Positions 37,733 through 47,370 are shown, counted from the first letter of the stretch. The stretch: 64,000 nt of DNA from Candidatus Micrarchaeota archaeon (GCA_018819225.1 JAHJQN010000003.1:192001-256000), one strand, 5' to 3'. The notes: generated by a model from the letters alone, not told the origin. Numbers and translations are program-made.

Positions 37733-37824
37733 TAGCGGGGGGTGGATTTTCCCTCGAAGAAGATTTGAACCACCGGTCTCCGGGTTATGAGCCCAGCGGG
37801 CACTCCTGGCTACCCTACCCCGCT
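37733..37824 (-). tRNA. Initiator tRNA-Met (CAT) with 17-nt intron in the T-loop
   Basis: AGCGGGG/CCCCGCT acceptor stem with A1-U72; anticodon arm CTGGG-CTCATAA-CCCGG with three consecutive G-C pairs; T-stem GGTGG/CCACC encloses 24 nt instead of 7; CCA not encoded. Confidence 0.92.
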
Positions 37825-37875
37825 ATAAACACAAAACAAGAGTAATACCTATTAGGGGAAAAGCAGGTTTATATT

Positions 37876-38466
37876 TCATTCGCCTGGACGAGGCGACGAG
37901 ACATCGCGATGCGCGGACAGCATCTTCTCCAACGCCGCGATCTTGACTTCCACGCGCTTGAGCTCCTTGCGGTTGTCAATGGCGTGCAAATCGTTCTTGC
38001 ACGTATCGCACTTGAAACGCCGGTCCAACGCGGGCTCGAAACTGAAACGGGAACACCCTTTCCGGCACGAATAAATGGCCGAACATTCCTCGGTGGACAG
38101 GGTTTCGCGCAGCGTATCGCACTCCTTACGCTTCATCATCAAAAAGTTGCGCATCGCCCGATCCAAATTTAATTTCCACGTATACGTAAACCAGCCATTC
38201 TGCATGTTCTTTTCGCGCGTATAGTCGACGAAACCGTACGAATGCAAGTGATTGAGAATGGAACGGATTTCCGCAATCTTCAACTGAGTCGACTCTTCGA
38301 TGATTTCATCGGTGGCCCCGTCTCCCACGGAATGTAATACGCTCAAACCCTTTTCGCCAATGCTTTCCGACACGAACTCGTCAAGGTGCAATAGAAAATC
38401 AGGGGCTTTCGGTCGTTTCGAAGTCGGTGATTTTCGCGTTTTTTTCGGGATGGGGCCTCGACGCAT
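37876..38466 (-). CDS. tfe: Transcription factor E (TFIIE alpha homolog)
   Basis: wHTH ATDEII...EIRSILNHLHSYGFVDY..GWFTYTW plus zinc ribbon YSCRKGC...FKCDTC...IDN. Confidence 0.92.
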   Translation of the reverse strand: MRRGPIPKKTRKSPTSKRPKAPDFLLHLDEFVSESIGEKGLSVLHSVGDGATDEIIEESTQLKIAEIRSILNHLHSYGFVDYTREKNMQNGWFTYTWKLNLDRAMRNFLMMKRKECDTLRETLSTEECSAIYSCRKGCSRFSFEPALDRRFKCDTCKNDLHAIDNRKELKRVEVKIAALEKMLSAHRDVSSPRPGE

Positions 38467-38499
38467 AGGAAATCCTTACGAGGTAAAAATATTTATACC

Positions 38500-39897
38500 T
38501 TACTTGACGCGCCCTTGATAGATTTGAGCGCCTCCATTGTCCAAAATGCGATTCGCCGCCCCCAAATGCTCGACGGAATCCGAAAAAACAAGGGAATCAA
38601 AGAACAGGTCTCCGTCGATAAACACGTAGCGCACGTTTTTTTCCCGCAAGGAGGCCCATGCGTCCGCGTCGGGAAATTGAAACGTGTGCAACACGATGGC
38701 ATGCCGAGCATCCAACTGGTCCGCAAACTCGAAATACCCGTCCATGAACACCTTTCGACCGGACGCGTAGGTAATCAAGTGACCGCGATCCCATGCGGAC
38801 AGAACGCCTTGCTCTTCCGGAACCACGGACAACCATTCCGCAGCCGACACCGCTTCACGGGAATACTGGCCTTGAACGCCCGTAGAGAATACTAACACCA
38901 TCAAACTGATGGAGACCGCGAGGATGCCCAACAAAACGGGTTGAAACGGCGCCGACCGCTTCAACGCGGCCACGACCGCGGGCGCCGCAAAGATGACGGC
39001 CGGCAGCGCAATAAAAATGGAGGCGCGGGGAGCAAGCAACAGCATCAAAAAGCTGATCACCAGCCACGCGAACCAGAACCCGCGATGTTTCACGGAAAAA
39101 CGGCGGCGTTCCATCCACGCAATCCCCAGAAACACCCACACGATTCCGAGAGCCAGAAACGCGAAATCGAATTCCAATGGTTGCAGTTCGGAACTCGTTG
39201 CGAACGTTCGCCCCAACACCAGTTCATCCAACGGGAATCGCACGTAATACAGGACGCCAACGACCCACGGAAGGCCGTACGCCATCACGATCTTCCACGC
39301 AATGCGCTGATGCTCCAAAAAACCGTTTCCCACAAACAACACGACGAGTCCGCCCGCTATAATGGAAGTAAACGGATGCAGCCACCCTAAAAACAAGGCG
39401 AGACAACCGAGGGCAACCCATTTTCGATCCATGAGAAAAAGCAGCATCACCGGAATCAGTAACAAGGAGAGGGAATCAGGTCGCGTGAAAGCCATTGAAC
39501 GGATGAGAACGCCGGGAAGGAATGCGAACAACAACGCGGCAAAGAACGCCGTTCGCTCGTTTCCCAAAATGCGAATTGACAAGGAAAAAACGGCGATGAC
39601 GCCCGCTCCGGCCACGAGAAGCGAAACCAATGCGTACGCGTAGTAAACGGGAAGGTTCGTGAGCAAGGCAAACGAAGCCATGATCATGTGAAACAAGGGG
39701 TAGTACGTGTGAACGCGACCCTGAAAGGAAAGCGCATCCCATGCCGGCAGACGATTTTGTTGAACGATATCGGACGTGATGCGAAGATGATAATAATGAT
39801 CGGGATCCGGGAACGAGGAAAGGGATAACGGCAGTACGCGTACGAGCAGGGCAGAAACCACTAAAAGAATCAAGAGCTTCCGATAGTCTATCGCCAT
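38500..39897 (-). CDS. STT3/AglB-like GT-C membrane glycosyltransferase (short variant)
   Basis: DPDHYYHLR, RPD, SSELQP and SAWDRGHLITY (WWDYG-like) motifs; about 11 TM helices plus a short soluble domain. Confidence 0.78.
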   Translation of the reverse strand: MAIDYRKLLILLVVSALLVRVLPLSLSSFPDPDHYYHLRITSDIVQQNRLPAWDALSFQGRVHTYYPLFHMIMASFALLTNLPVYYAYALVSLLVAGAGVIAVFSLSIRILGNERTAFFAALLFAFLPGVLIRSMAFTRPDSLSLLLIPVMLLFLMDRKWVALGCLALFLGWLHPFTSIIAGGLVVLFVGNGFLEHQRIAWKIVMAYGLPWVVGVLYYVRFPLDELVLGRTFATSSELQPLEFDFAFLALGIVWVFLGIAWMERRRFSVKHRGFWFAWLVISFLMLLLAPRASIFIALPAVIFAAPAVVAALKRSAPFQPVLLGILAVSISLMVLVFSTGVQGQYSREAVSAAEWLSVVPEEQGVLSAWDRGHLITYASGRKVFMDGYFEFADQLDARHAIVLHTFQFPDADAWASLREKNVRYVFIDGDLFFDSLVFSDSVEHLGAANRILDNGGAQIYQGRVK

Positions 39898-39909
39898 ACC
39901 GCTGCGCCT

Positions 39910-40350
39910 CTACAGGAATTCGACCGTGGTTTTCTCAATGAGAAGATCCTCTAAAGCGTAGTGCTTCAAGACCTCGGGAGAATAACCGTATTGCGCACCG
40001 AGCGCTTGTTTCGCGGAAACGCTCAAGGCGAATGAAATTGATTTTCCGAACCGGGTTCGAAGGGTTTTCGGGATGCGGACCAGACTCACCAACGCGGCCA
40101 TACGCGTGGCAGCGCAAAACCGAATCGCCTTCGCGTGTTGAGGCGTGCACGCGATCCGACACATCCACTCCACCTCGAATTTCGTCGCGGACGCCGATCC
40201 GGAAAGGAAAGCTTTATAAGTCTGTGAATAAGTATAAGCAAGAAATCGGGGAAAACCGGCCAGTTCTGGTTTCAACGCAATGGTTTTTTCCGGAAGCTGC
40301 TTCGCAAGTGCTTCAGGCGAGAGCAGGGTTTCAATAAAATACACATGCAT
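39910..40350 (-). CDS. cgi121: KEOPS complex subunit Cgi121-like protein
   Basis: KAFLSGSASATKFEVEWMCRIACTPQHAKAI and C-terminal LEDLLIEK resemble conserved Cgi121 blocks; divergent. Confidence 0.6.
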   Translation of the reverse strand: MHVYFIETLLSPEALAKQLPEKTIALKPELAGFPRFLAYTYSQTYKAFLSGSASATKFEVEWMCRIACTPQHAKAIRFCAATRMAALVSLVRIPKTLRTRFGKSISFALSVSAKQALGAQYGYSPEVLKHYALEDLLIEKTTVEFL

Positions 40351-40414
40351 TTCAATCGACGAACAACATGCACCGCGCATGCATTTAAAGGCGCGGGGAC
40401 GAGGCGATGATTCC

Positions 40415-40807
40415 ATGGTCCAATATCATAAAGCCGTGTTAACGAAACGGAAGGGTACGGGAGGAAAGCGCCGGCTCTCGAGTGACAAGCGCTTGGCGAA
40501 CTACGGCGGATTCTTCACGAAACCTGAATTTGACAAGGAATTGGAAGGCGACCACCGCGTGCACCGAAAGGGGAAGGGGGGCACGTACAAGACACGCTTG
40601 CGTTCCGGAAAATACGCGAACGTGATTTCAAAGGACGGAAAGATTCAGAAAGCGGAGATCACGAACGTGCTGGAGAGCCCGGATAACCGCCATTTCGCGC
40701 GCGAAAACATGTTGACGAAAGGGACGCTCATTGAAACAGCGCTTGGAAAGGCACGGATCACGAATCGACCGTCTCAACACGGCATCGTGCACGCCAAGCT
40801 CGTCTAA
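40415..40807 (+). CDS. rps8e: 30S ribosomal protein S8e
   Basis: RKGTGGK, GKGGTYK, NRHFAREN.LTKGTLIET.LGKARITNRPSQHG.V. Confidence 0.96.
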   Translation: MVQYHKAVLTKRKGTGGKRRLSSDKRLANYGGFFTKPEFDKELEGDHRVHRKGKGGTYKTRLRSGKYANVISKDGKIQKAEITNVLESPDNRHFARENMLTKGTLIETALGKARITNRPSQHGIVHAKLV

Positions 40808-40812
40808 AGCCA

Positions 40813-41298
40813 TTACTTCTTCTTGAGTTCTCCCGCAGGAATACCTAGTTTTCTCGCATTTTTTGCTAGTCCCAGTTTGCGATAGAGGTCGGCCGCGGCA
40901 TCCCTCTGGGATGGATGTGTCGCGTGAATGATACGAAGTGCTAATGCAAAATGCTTTTGGCTCGTAACCGGAGAACCGGGGGCATGCGCCTCTATTAAAC
41001 GTAAGAGGCGAGGGGTAAGATGTTCGAATCGCGCGATCGCCCGCGTAGCTTGGGCAAAATTTTCCTGCACCCTGCCTTCCGTGTTCCCATGATGGTTTTG
41101 CACCGCCCATAACGCGGAATCCGCATAATCGGATTGTTTCGCAAGTTGAACCACCGACTTTGACATTGCCTCCACTGTGGGATTCTTAACGTCTCCAATC
41201 ACATATGGAAAAGCGGGAACTTCCCCACGATATCCGCCTCTGCGCCTATTGGGGGGTTCAGGATATAATATATCACCAATATTCCTTCGTTCAGGCAT
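40813..41298 (-). CDS. Hypothetical basic orphan protein (161 aa)
   Basis: Open frame with GGTGA RBS and upstream TTTAATAA; more AT-rich than its neighbours. Confidence 0.6.
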   Translation of the reverse strand: MPERRNIGDILYPEPPNRRRGGYRGEVPAFPYVIGDVKNPTVEAMSKSVVQLAKQSDYADSALWAVQNHHGNTEGRVQENFAQATRAIARFEHLTPRLLRLIEAHAPGSPVTSQKHFALALRIIHATHPSQRDAAADLYRKLGLAKNARKLGIPAGELKKK

Positions 41299-41591
41299 AC
41301 CATCACCAACGGGAATGGGATGGTTGTCATTATTAAATCTTAATCATGACAAACGGATCAACGAATAATGAATCAGATCGCTTCAACAGCATTTGCCTAA
41401 TAACCCTCACTTGCCCAATAAGTCGTTGGTAGCGTTGAGTTGTTGGGCAAAGCCGCTTTAAACGAAAACTTTATTAAGCCGAAGAGCAATATTTATATAC
41501 TTTTCTGATAAGAACCGGCTTTGTTATCCCTATTAGGCGGATCCGCCTTTCGGAGGAAGAAGCGGTTTTCCTAGGAAGAGAGGATGCGTGC

Positions 41592-41813
41592 ATGAAATTT
41601 CTCGTGCTCAAACAGACCGCGCGTGGAAACCTTCTGTTGCAGTCCTCGGAATCCAAGGGAATCGAACGAATGCCCTTGTTTTATAGGGGAAAGAAAGTCG
41701 CGTTCGTGTTCGACACCATCGGAAGAGTATCGAATCCGCTGTACTTGGCGTGTGCCGAAGGAGAACGGATCGAAAAAATAGTAGGAAAAACATTGCGAAG
41801 TGACCGCGTATAG
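41592..41813 (+). CDS. gar1: H/ACA RNP component Gar1/Naf1
   Basis: KKVAFVFDTIGRVSNPLY motif; directly upstream of tfb, a common archaeal arrangement. Confidence 0.8.
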   Translation: MKFLVLKQTARGNLLLQSSESKGIERMPLFYRGKKVAFVFDTIGRVSNPLYLACAEGERIEKIVGKTLRSDRV

Positions 41814-41815
41814 AG

Positions 41816-42727
41816 GTGGATGAGGTTATGGAATGCCCGGAATGTAAAAGCAAAAGCTTGAAGAAAGACGCGGGTAGAGGCGAATTAGTGTGCACGAAAT
41901 GCGGCCTCGTCATTGAAGAAAACATGATGCACCAAGGCCCGGAATGGCGGGCTTTTGATGCCGAACAACGCGCCAGCCGTGCGCGAACCGGTGCTCCGTT
42001 GAAATACATGAGCCCGAACAAAGGCCTCGTCACCGAAATCGATCAATACAACCGCGACGTGCGCGGAGGCAAGATTCTGCCGAGCCAGCAAGCGCAACTT
42101 TATCGCATGCGCAAGTGGCACAAGCGCGCCAGCATCAGCAACTCCATCGAACGCAATCTGGCGATCGCGCTCACGGAAATGAACCGAGTCGCCGCTCACC
42201 TGGGTTTGGAGGAAAGCATTCGCGAATCCTCGGCGCTCCTTTACAGAAAGTGCGTTGAAAAAGGATTGATTCGGGGACGACAAATCGAAAGCGTCGTTTC
42301 TGCAGTCATCTACGCGATCTGCCGCCAGTTCGGCATTCCGAGAACCCTGGACGAAATCGCTTCCGTTGCCGAAATCCCGAAGAAGGAAATCGGACGGACC
42401 TACCGATTGATTACGCAAGAGCTGGAACTTAAGATTCCGCTCACGAACCCGCGTTTCTACATCTCGCGATTCGTGACCGCTTTGCGTCTATCAGGAGAAA
42501 CGCAGCAAAAAGCAAACGATATCCTGGATGACGCGCTCAAGAAAGGATTGATTTCTGGCCGAGGGCCCATGGGCGTGGCCGCCGCCGCGGTCTACATCGC
42601 ATCCGTTTCAACGGGCGAACGCCGCACGCAAAAGGAAGTGGCGGACGTGGCCGGCGTCACGGAAGTGACCATCCGCAACCGATACCGCGAGCTCAAGAAA
42701 GCGCTCAATCTCGATGTCGCCATCTAG
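41816..42727 (+). CDS. tfb: Transcription initiation factor IIB
   Basis: CPEC..CTKCG zinc ribbon, GPEWRAF, two cyclin repeats, VAGVTEVTIRNRY. Confidence 0.97.
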   Translation: MDEVMECPECKSKSLKKDAGRGELVCTKCGLVIEENMMHQGPEWRAFDAEQRASRARTGAPLKYMSPNKGLVTEIDQYNRDVRGGKILPSQQAQLYRMRKWHKRASISNSIERNLAIALTEMNRVAAHLGLEESIRESSALLYRKCVEKGLIRGRQIESVVSAVIYAICRQFGIPRTLDEIASVAEIPKKEIGRTYRLITQELELKIPLTNPRFYISRFVTALRLSGETQQKANDILDDALKKGLISGRGPMGVAAAAVYIASVSTGERRTQKEVADVAGVTEVTIRNRYRELKKALNLDVAI

Positions 42728-42773
42728 GCCGTTTTCCAAAAGCTAAATATAGCTCGGATGACTAGCGCATAGC

Positions 42774-43328
42774 ATGGAAATCGAGGTCAAATGCCGACTG
42801 AAAGATGCCGAATCCCTACGCGTTCGCTTGGCCGGCCACGCGCGATACGTGCAAACCGTTCGCCAAACCGACACCTTGTACGATTATCCGGACGAACGCC
42901 TGCAGAAAAAAGACGAAGTGCTGAGGGTTCGCGAAGAACGCGTCCTTCATGGCCGAGATCGGGGGACGCAACGCGTCATCGCCACGTTCAAAGGCGCCAA
43001 GAAAAAATCGAAGCTCGTCAAAAAGCGGGAGGAACACGAGCTGGAACTTCTGGCGGCATCCGCTGACGCGGACGATGTGGCACGCGAACTCGGACTCACC
43101 CCCCGATTAAGGTATGAAAAAATTCGCGAGGAATACGAGGCCAACGGGGCTCGGATCGAAATCGACTCTTTTCCGTACGAACACGTCGAATCGTACGTGG
43201 AAATTGAGGCGCCCAACGAGAAACGCGTCCACGCGCTCATGAAAACGCTTCGGGTCTCCCATAAAAGCGTGGAGAAAAAAAGCTATCCGGAACTCGTACG
43301 CGCCGCCAGAAAACGGAAACGTCAATAA
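42774..43328 (+). CDS. CYTH-domain protein (class IV adenylate cyclase-like triphosphate tunnel enzyme)
   Basis: EIEVK, LRVR, TFKG, REEHE, EKIRE, YVEIE, SYPEL. Confidence 0.9.
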   Translation: MEIEVKCRLKDAESLRVRLAGHARYVQTVRQTDTLYDYPDERLQKKDEVLRVREERVLHGRDRGTQRVIATFKGAKKKSKLVKKREEHELELLAASADADDVARELGLTPRLRYEKIREEYEANGARIEIDSFPYEHVESYVEIEAPNEKRVHALMKTLRVSHKSVEKKSYPELVRAARKRKRQ

Positions 43329-44122
43329 AACAGTTTTCTCCGCAATTTCTTCCAGAACTCGTCCTTATGCAGCATAATGAGTCTGGCCGGATCCGGAGAC
43401 AACGTGATCTGCATCGTGTCCACCGGATCATCATAAAATCCGTCCACGGAAAACGATGCCTTCCGCTCCACGACTTCAAGAGTAATCTTTTCGGACGACG
43501 GAAAAATGAGGGGGTGCAGGAGCGGATTCAAGGGCGCCACCGGAGTCATCAAGATCACGTTCAAATTCGGGGAAATCAGGGGACCGCCGACGGAAAACGA
43601 ATGCGCCGTCGAACCCGTTGACGTGGAAAAAATGACGGCGTTCGTGAAAAACAACTCGTCGAAGCTTTCGGAGAACACGCGAACATTAAAAGGACGGGAA
43701 GGCTTTCGCGCGTACACATGCACGTCGTTTAACGCCTCGATCTTCCGCCTGCCAATTTTGCATAACAGTTTGGAACGCTTTTCAATGCGGTATTTTCCGC
43801 TGAAGAACTGGTCGAGCGGGCGATCGAACTTTTCATTGATTTGCGACAGGAATCCGACGTTGCCCGTGTTAATCTCGAGTTTCGGTATGCCGGGGAACCG
43901 CTTTTCGGAGTCGAGGAATGCTCCGTCTCCGCCTACGAGAATAATGGCTTCCACGCGCCGACAGATCTCCCCATCCGGAATCCCGCGGCCGTTCAAACCA
44001 AGAATCTTCGAGGTGCCTTCCGTCATGAAATAGGAGTCGATGTCCCTGCATTTGCGACGGCGTTCCAAGTAGTCCAACACTTTCTTGGCCACCACGTGCG
44101 ATTTCTCGGTATTCTTGCACAT
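43322..44122 (-). CDS. nadK: NAD(+) kinase
   Basis: GGDG, INTGNVGFL, ALND, STSTGSTAHSFSVGGP, VDG; true start may lie slightly upstream. Confidence 0.88.
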   Translation of the reverse strand: MCKNTEKSHVVAKKVLDYLERRRKCRDIDSYFMTEGTSKILGLNGRGIPDGEICRRVEAIILVGGDGAFLDSEKRFPGIPKLEINTGNVGFLSQINEKFDRPLDQFFSGKYRIEKRSKLLCKIGRRKIEALNDVHVYARKPSRPFNVRVFSESFDELFFTNAVIFSTSTGSTAHSFSVGGPLISPNLNVILMTPVAPLNPLLHPLIFPSSEKITLEVVERKASFSVDGFYDDPVDTMQITLSPDPARLIMLHKDEFWKKLRRKLFY

Positions 44123-44216
44123 GAAGCCGATGCGACGGAATCGTTTGGCGATACTAACCCCCTAATCGAGACTGAATGAATCCCCACGTTATAAATGGTT
44201 TACCCCTTTAAAGCAC

Positions 44217-45737
44217 TTAGAGATCCGAAAAACGAACGGAACCCAATAACAATCGGTTTAATTTCTCTGGAAGTTCGGCGAGCGAAACCCGCTTTTGTTG
44301 CGTGGAATCGCGGTCGCGAAGCGTCACCGTATCATCCGTTAACGTATCGTAGTCAATCGTCACCGCGTACGGGGTACCCACCTCGTCGGCGCGAGCGTAC
44401 CGTCTCCCGACGCTGCCTCCGTCATCGTAAACCGCCGAAAAACAAGGCATCAGATTTCGGAAAACGCCTTGCCCCTTTTCCGCCAAGCCGTCTTTCTTCA
44501 TCAACGGAAACACCGAAACCTGTACGGGTGCGAGTCGGGGACTCAACGCCAACGTGACTTTGGTTTCGTTGTTCTCCGTTTTCTCGCGATACGCGTCCAT
44601 GAGAACCGTTAAGAAGAGCCGTTCCAGCCCCCACGATGGCTCGATGACATGAGGAATCACTTTCTGTTTGGTTTCGTCCACGAAAAAAGAAAGATCTTTT
44701 TTGGAATGTTCTTGGTGCTGCTTCAAATCAAAGTCGCCGCGGTTCGCCACCCCCAACAATTCTTTCCATCCCCACGGATACCGGTATTCCACATCCCACG
44801 TTTCACTGGAATAATGCGAGAGTTCGGCGGACACATGCTGACGCAGGCGCAAATGAGCGGGATCCAGACCGAGTTCCAGCAAAAAGTTCCAGCACGCGGC
44901 CATCCAGTACACGTGCCACTTCGTCTTCACCATTTTTCGATCCCACAATTCATTGAAGGAAAGCAAGCTCCCTTCTCCCTTATGGATCTGGGTCTCCGCG
45001 GCCAAAACGGTTACCGCAAGGGATTTCCAGTTCGCGGGCAGCTCGCAATCATCCATGCGTTCCGGATGAATGAAAAACTCCAACTCCATTTGATTGAATT
45101 CCCGGGCCCGGAACACGAAATTTCGTGGGGCAATCTCGTTCCGGAACGCCTTCCCGATTTGCGCGATACCGAACGGGAGGCGTTTTCGAGCGGCTTGTTG
45201 AACCAGTTTGAAATCCGCAAATATCAGCTGAGCGGTTTCCGGACGCAGCACGGCCTCGTTGGGCTCGTCCTTTAACACGCCGACCTGCGTGCGAAACATT
45301 AAATTGAACGGTTGGGTCTCTTTCAATCCGCCCTTGCATTGCGGGCAGCGAATTTTGTTTTCCTTGATCAATTCCTGCATCTTGTCGGGCGTCAAGCCTT
45401 CCACCGATAACTGGAGTTCCTGCTCGAGCAAGTGATCGAGGCGGAAACGCCGTTTGCACTTCCCGCACGCGATCAAGGGATCGTTGAACGCGTCCAAATG
45501 ACCGGACGCTTTCCACATGGAAGGCGGGGTAATCAGCGCGCCGTCCATGCCGACCACGTCATCCCGCTGACGCACGAAATAGTTCCACCAGCTCGACTCC
45601 AAATTTCGCTTGAGCTCGACGCCCAGCGGACCGTAATCAAAGAATCCGGCAACGCTTTCGTAGATCTCGGACGTGGGGTAGACTAAACGCCGTCTCACGC
45701 ATAAACTAATGACTTTTTCAGCTAAACCGTCGGGCAT
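44217..45737 (-). CDS. glyS: Glycine--tRNA ligase (alpha2 type)
   Basis: DYGPLG, WKASGH, LRPETAQ, GKAFRNEI, REFNQMELE, VIEPSWG.ER, anticodon-binding domain. Confidence 0.96.
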   Translation of the reverse strand: MPDGLAEKVISLCVRRRLVYPTSEIYESVAGFFDYGPLGVELKRNLESSWWNYFVRQRDDVVGMDGALITPPSMWKASGHLDAFNDPLIACGKCKRRFRLDHLLEQELQLSVEGLTPDKMQELIKENKIRCPQCKGGLKETQPFNLMFRTQVGVLKDEPNEAVLRPETAQLIFADFKLVQQAARKRLPFGIAQIGKAFRNEIAPRNFVFRAREFNQMELEFFIHPERMDDCELPANWKSLAVTVLAAETQIHKGEGSLLSFNELWDRKMVKTKWHVYWMAACWNFLLELGLDPAHLRLRQHVSAELSHYSSETWDVEYRYPWGWKELLGVANRGDFDLKQHQEHSKKDLSFFVDETKQKVIPHVIEPSWGLERLFLTVLMDAYREKTENNETKVTLALSPRLAPVQVSVFPLMKKDGLAEKGQGVFRNLMPCFSAVYDDGGSVGRRYARADEVGTPYAVTIDYDTLTDDTVTLRDRDSTQQKRVSLAELPEKLNRLLLGSVRFSDL

Positions 45738-47037
45738 AGAAACGCCTTATTGCGCGTCGTTTTATTAAACGTTGTCTAGCGGGTCCCACGAGATACAGGG
45801 AACCGGTTACGAGCACCCGATCCGCCACCTGCGACACGTGAACCGCATGAGTCAACGCCTCCGGAATGGACGCCGCGATATGGAACGGTTTTTTCGAGCG
45901 GCGAAGCAACGGAACCAATGATTTCGAGGAGTGGGCACGCGGGCTTTCCGGATGGACTAAAACCACGTAACGCGAAAAAGGAAGGAGAACCGAAAGCATG
46001 TCATCCGCCGATTTGCCGGAAAGACATCCGAAAACCAACACCATTTTCTGGCTTTTTCTTAATAACGCCTGCCTCAATGCATCCGCCAGCGCTCGCACTC
46101 CATCCAAATTGTGTGCGGCATCCACCCAAACCCGATTCGTAATGCGCTCCAGCCGACCCGGCCATCGGGCTCGATGCACCCCACGGCGCATGCTCTCCGA
46201 AGAAAAGGAGAACGAACGGGATTCCATTGACTCCACGGCTGCTAGCGCGCAGGAAGCATTTAATGCTTGATGGGCTCCGATCATGGAGGTATGCAACTCG
46301 TTCAAGGACGTGCGAATGCCTTGATAATCAAAACGAGTCCCTCGTTCTGAAAGCGATCGGACTCGAAAACGAAAATCGCGATCGCGAGTCAATAAACGGG
46401 CGTTCTGCTTCCGGCAGACCGTTGCGATTACGCGATAAGGCGCTAATGGTCGGACGCCGGACACGACGGTTGCGCCGGGCTTGATGACGCCTGCTTTTTC
46501 TCGCGCAATAGACGCCAAATTATTTCCAAGCATGTCGCAATGCTCCAAGCCCATGGATGGAACCACCACCGTTTTTCCGGGACAAATATTCGTGGCGTCC
46601 AAGCGGCCGCCCAACCCCGCTTCCATGATCGCCATATCGGCACGCTGGTCTTCGAAATAGCGGAGGGCCATCACCGTGAGCACCTCAAACGGGCTTAGTG
46701 CTCGCTTCTCCCTCTTCATGCGCGCCATCAAGGGAACCATCTCGTCGACCAAGCGGGAAAGCGCCGCATCCGAGATCGCGCGACCGTTCACTTGAAAGCG
46801 TTCGTTGTATGCATGCAAGTGAGGGGAAGTGTATAACGCGGTTCGGTAGCCCTCTTCCCTAACCATTCGCTCGAGGAATGCAGATGTTGAGCCTTTTCCG
46901 TTACTTCCCACCACGTGCACGTATTCCGAATCAAGTTGAACACCCGCTCGATCCGCCAGCATCCGAGGAGTCGAAAGACTCCACTCCGTCTTCATGGGAA
47001 GCGCTTCAACGAGCGGCAAAACCGTCAGCATGTTCAA
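45718..47037 (-). CDS. folC: Folylpolyglutamate synthase / dihydrofolate synthase
   Basis: HVVGSNGKGST, YTSPHL, EAGLGGRLDATN, EKAGVIK, WPGRLE, DAAHN, TGSLYLVG. Confidence 0.93.
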   Translation of the reverse strand: MNMLTVLPLVEALPMKTEWSLSTPRMLADRAGVQLDSEYVHVVGSNGKGSTSAFLERMVREEGYRTALYTSPHLHAYNERFQVNGRAISDAALSRLVDEMVPLMARMKREKRALSPFEVLTVMALRYFEDQRADMAIMEAGLGGRLDATNICPGKTVVVPSMGLEHCDMLGNNLASIAREKAGVIKPGATVVSGVRPLAPYRVIATVCRKQNARLLTRDRDFRFRVRSLSERGTRFDYQGIRTSLNELHTSMIGAHQALNASCALAAVESMESRSFSFSSESMRRGVHRARWPGRLERITNRVWVDAAHNLDGVRALADALRQALLRKSQKMVLVFGCLSGKSADDMLSVLLPFSRYVVLVHPESPRAHSSKSLVPLLRRSKKPFHIAASIPEALTHAVHVSQVADRVLVTGSLYLVGPARQRLIKRRAIRRFYARRFS

Positions 47038-47052
47038 CGCCGTTTGATTACC

Positions 47053-47370
47053 TTAACGATAACGAAACCGTAAACGAGAAAAATCTCGAACCATTCCGTG
47101 ATCGATCCTAACGCCTTCCTGGCGAAGCCTTTGCGTTTTCATCCGTGCGCCTTGCGCGTAACCCCCCAGCCCCCCGCCGGATCTTACCACGCGATGACAC
47201 GGGATCCGAGGGGCATCCGGATTGTGATGCAATGCGTGACCTACTGCGCGGTAAGCACGCGAATGCAGGGCCCGAGCAATATCCCGATACGTCGATACCC
47301 GGCCCCGTGGAATCCGTTTCGTCAACGCGAGAACGGATTGGGAAAAACGCGTTTGCCGGGCCTTCATCAT
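47053..47370 (-). CDS. ogt: Methylated-DNA--protein-cysteine methyltransferase (C-terminal domain only)
   Basis: IPRGRVSTY, RAVG.A, active-site PCHRVV, LGGY, L..EG. Confidence 0.9.
   Translation of the reverse strand: MMKARQTRFSQSVLALTKRIPRGRVSTYRDIARALHSRAYRAVGHALHHNPDAPRIPCHRVVRSGGGLGGYAQGARMKTQRLRQEGVRIDHGMVRDFSRLRFRYR

Noticed and set aside
41324-41352. Possible dif/Xer site
   Set aside because: The spacer is 3 bp rather than the 6 bp between 11-bp arms expected for dif; kept only as an operator-like repeat.
42774-43328. Calling the CYTH gene cyaB (adenylate cyclase)
   Set aside because: Many archaeal CYTH proteins are triphosphatases, and activity cannot be assigned from motifs alone.
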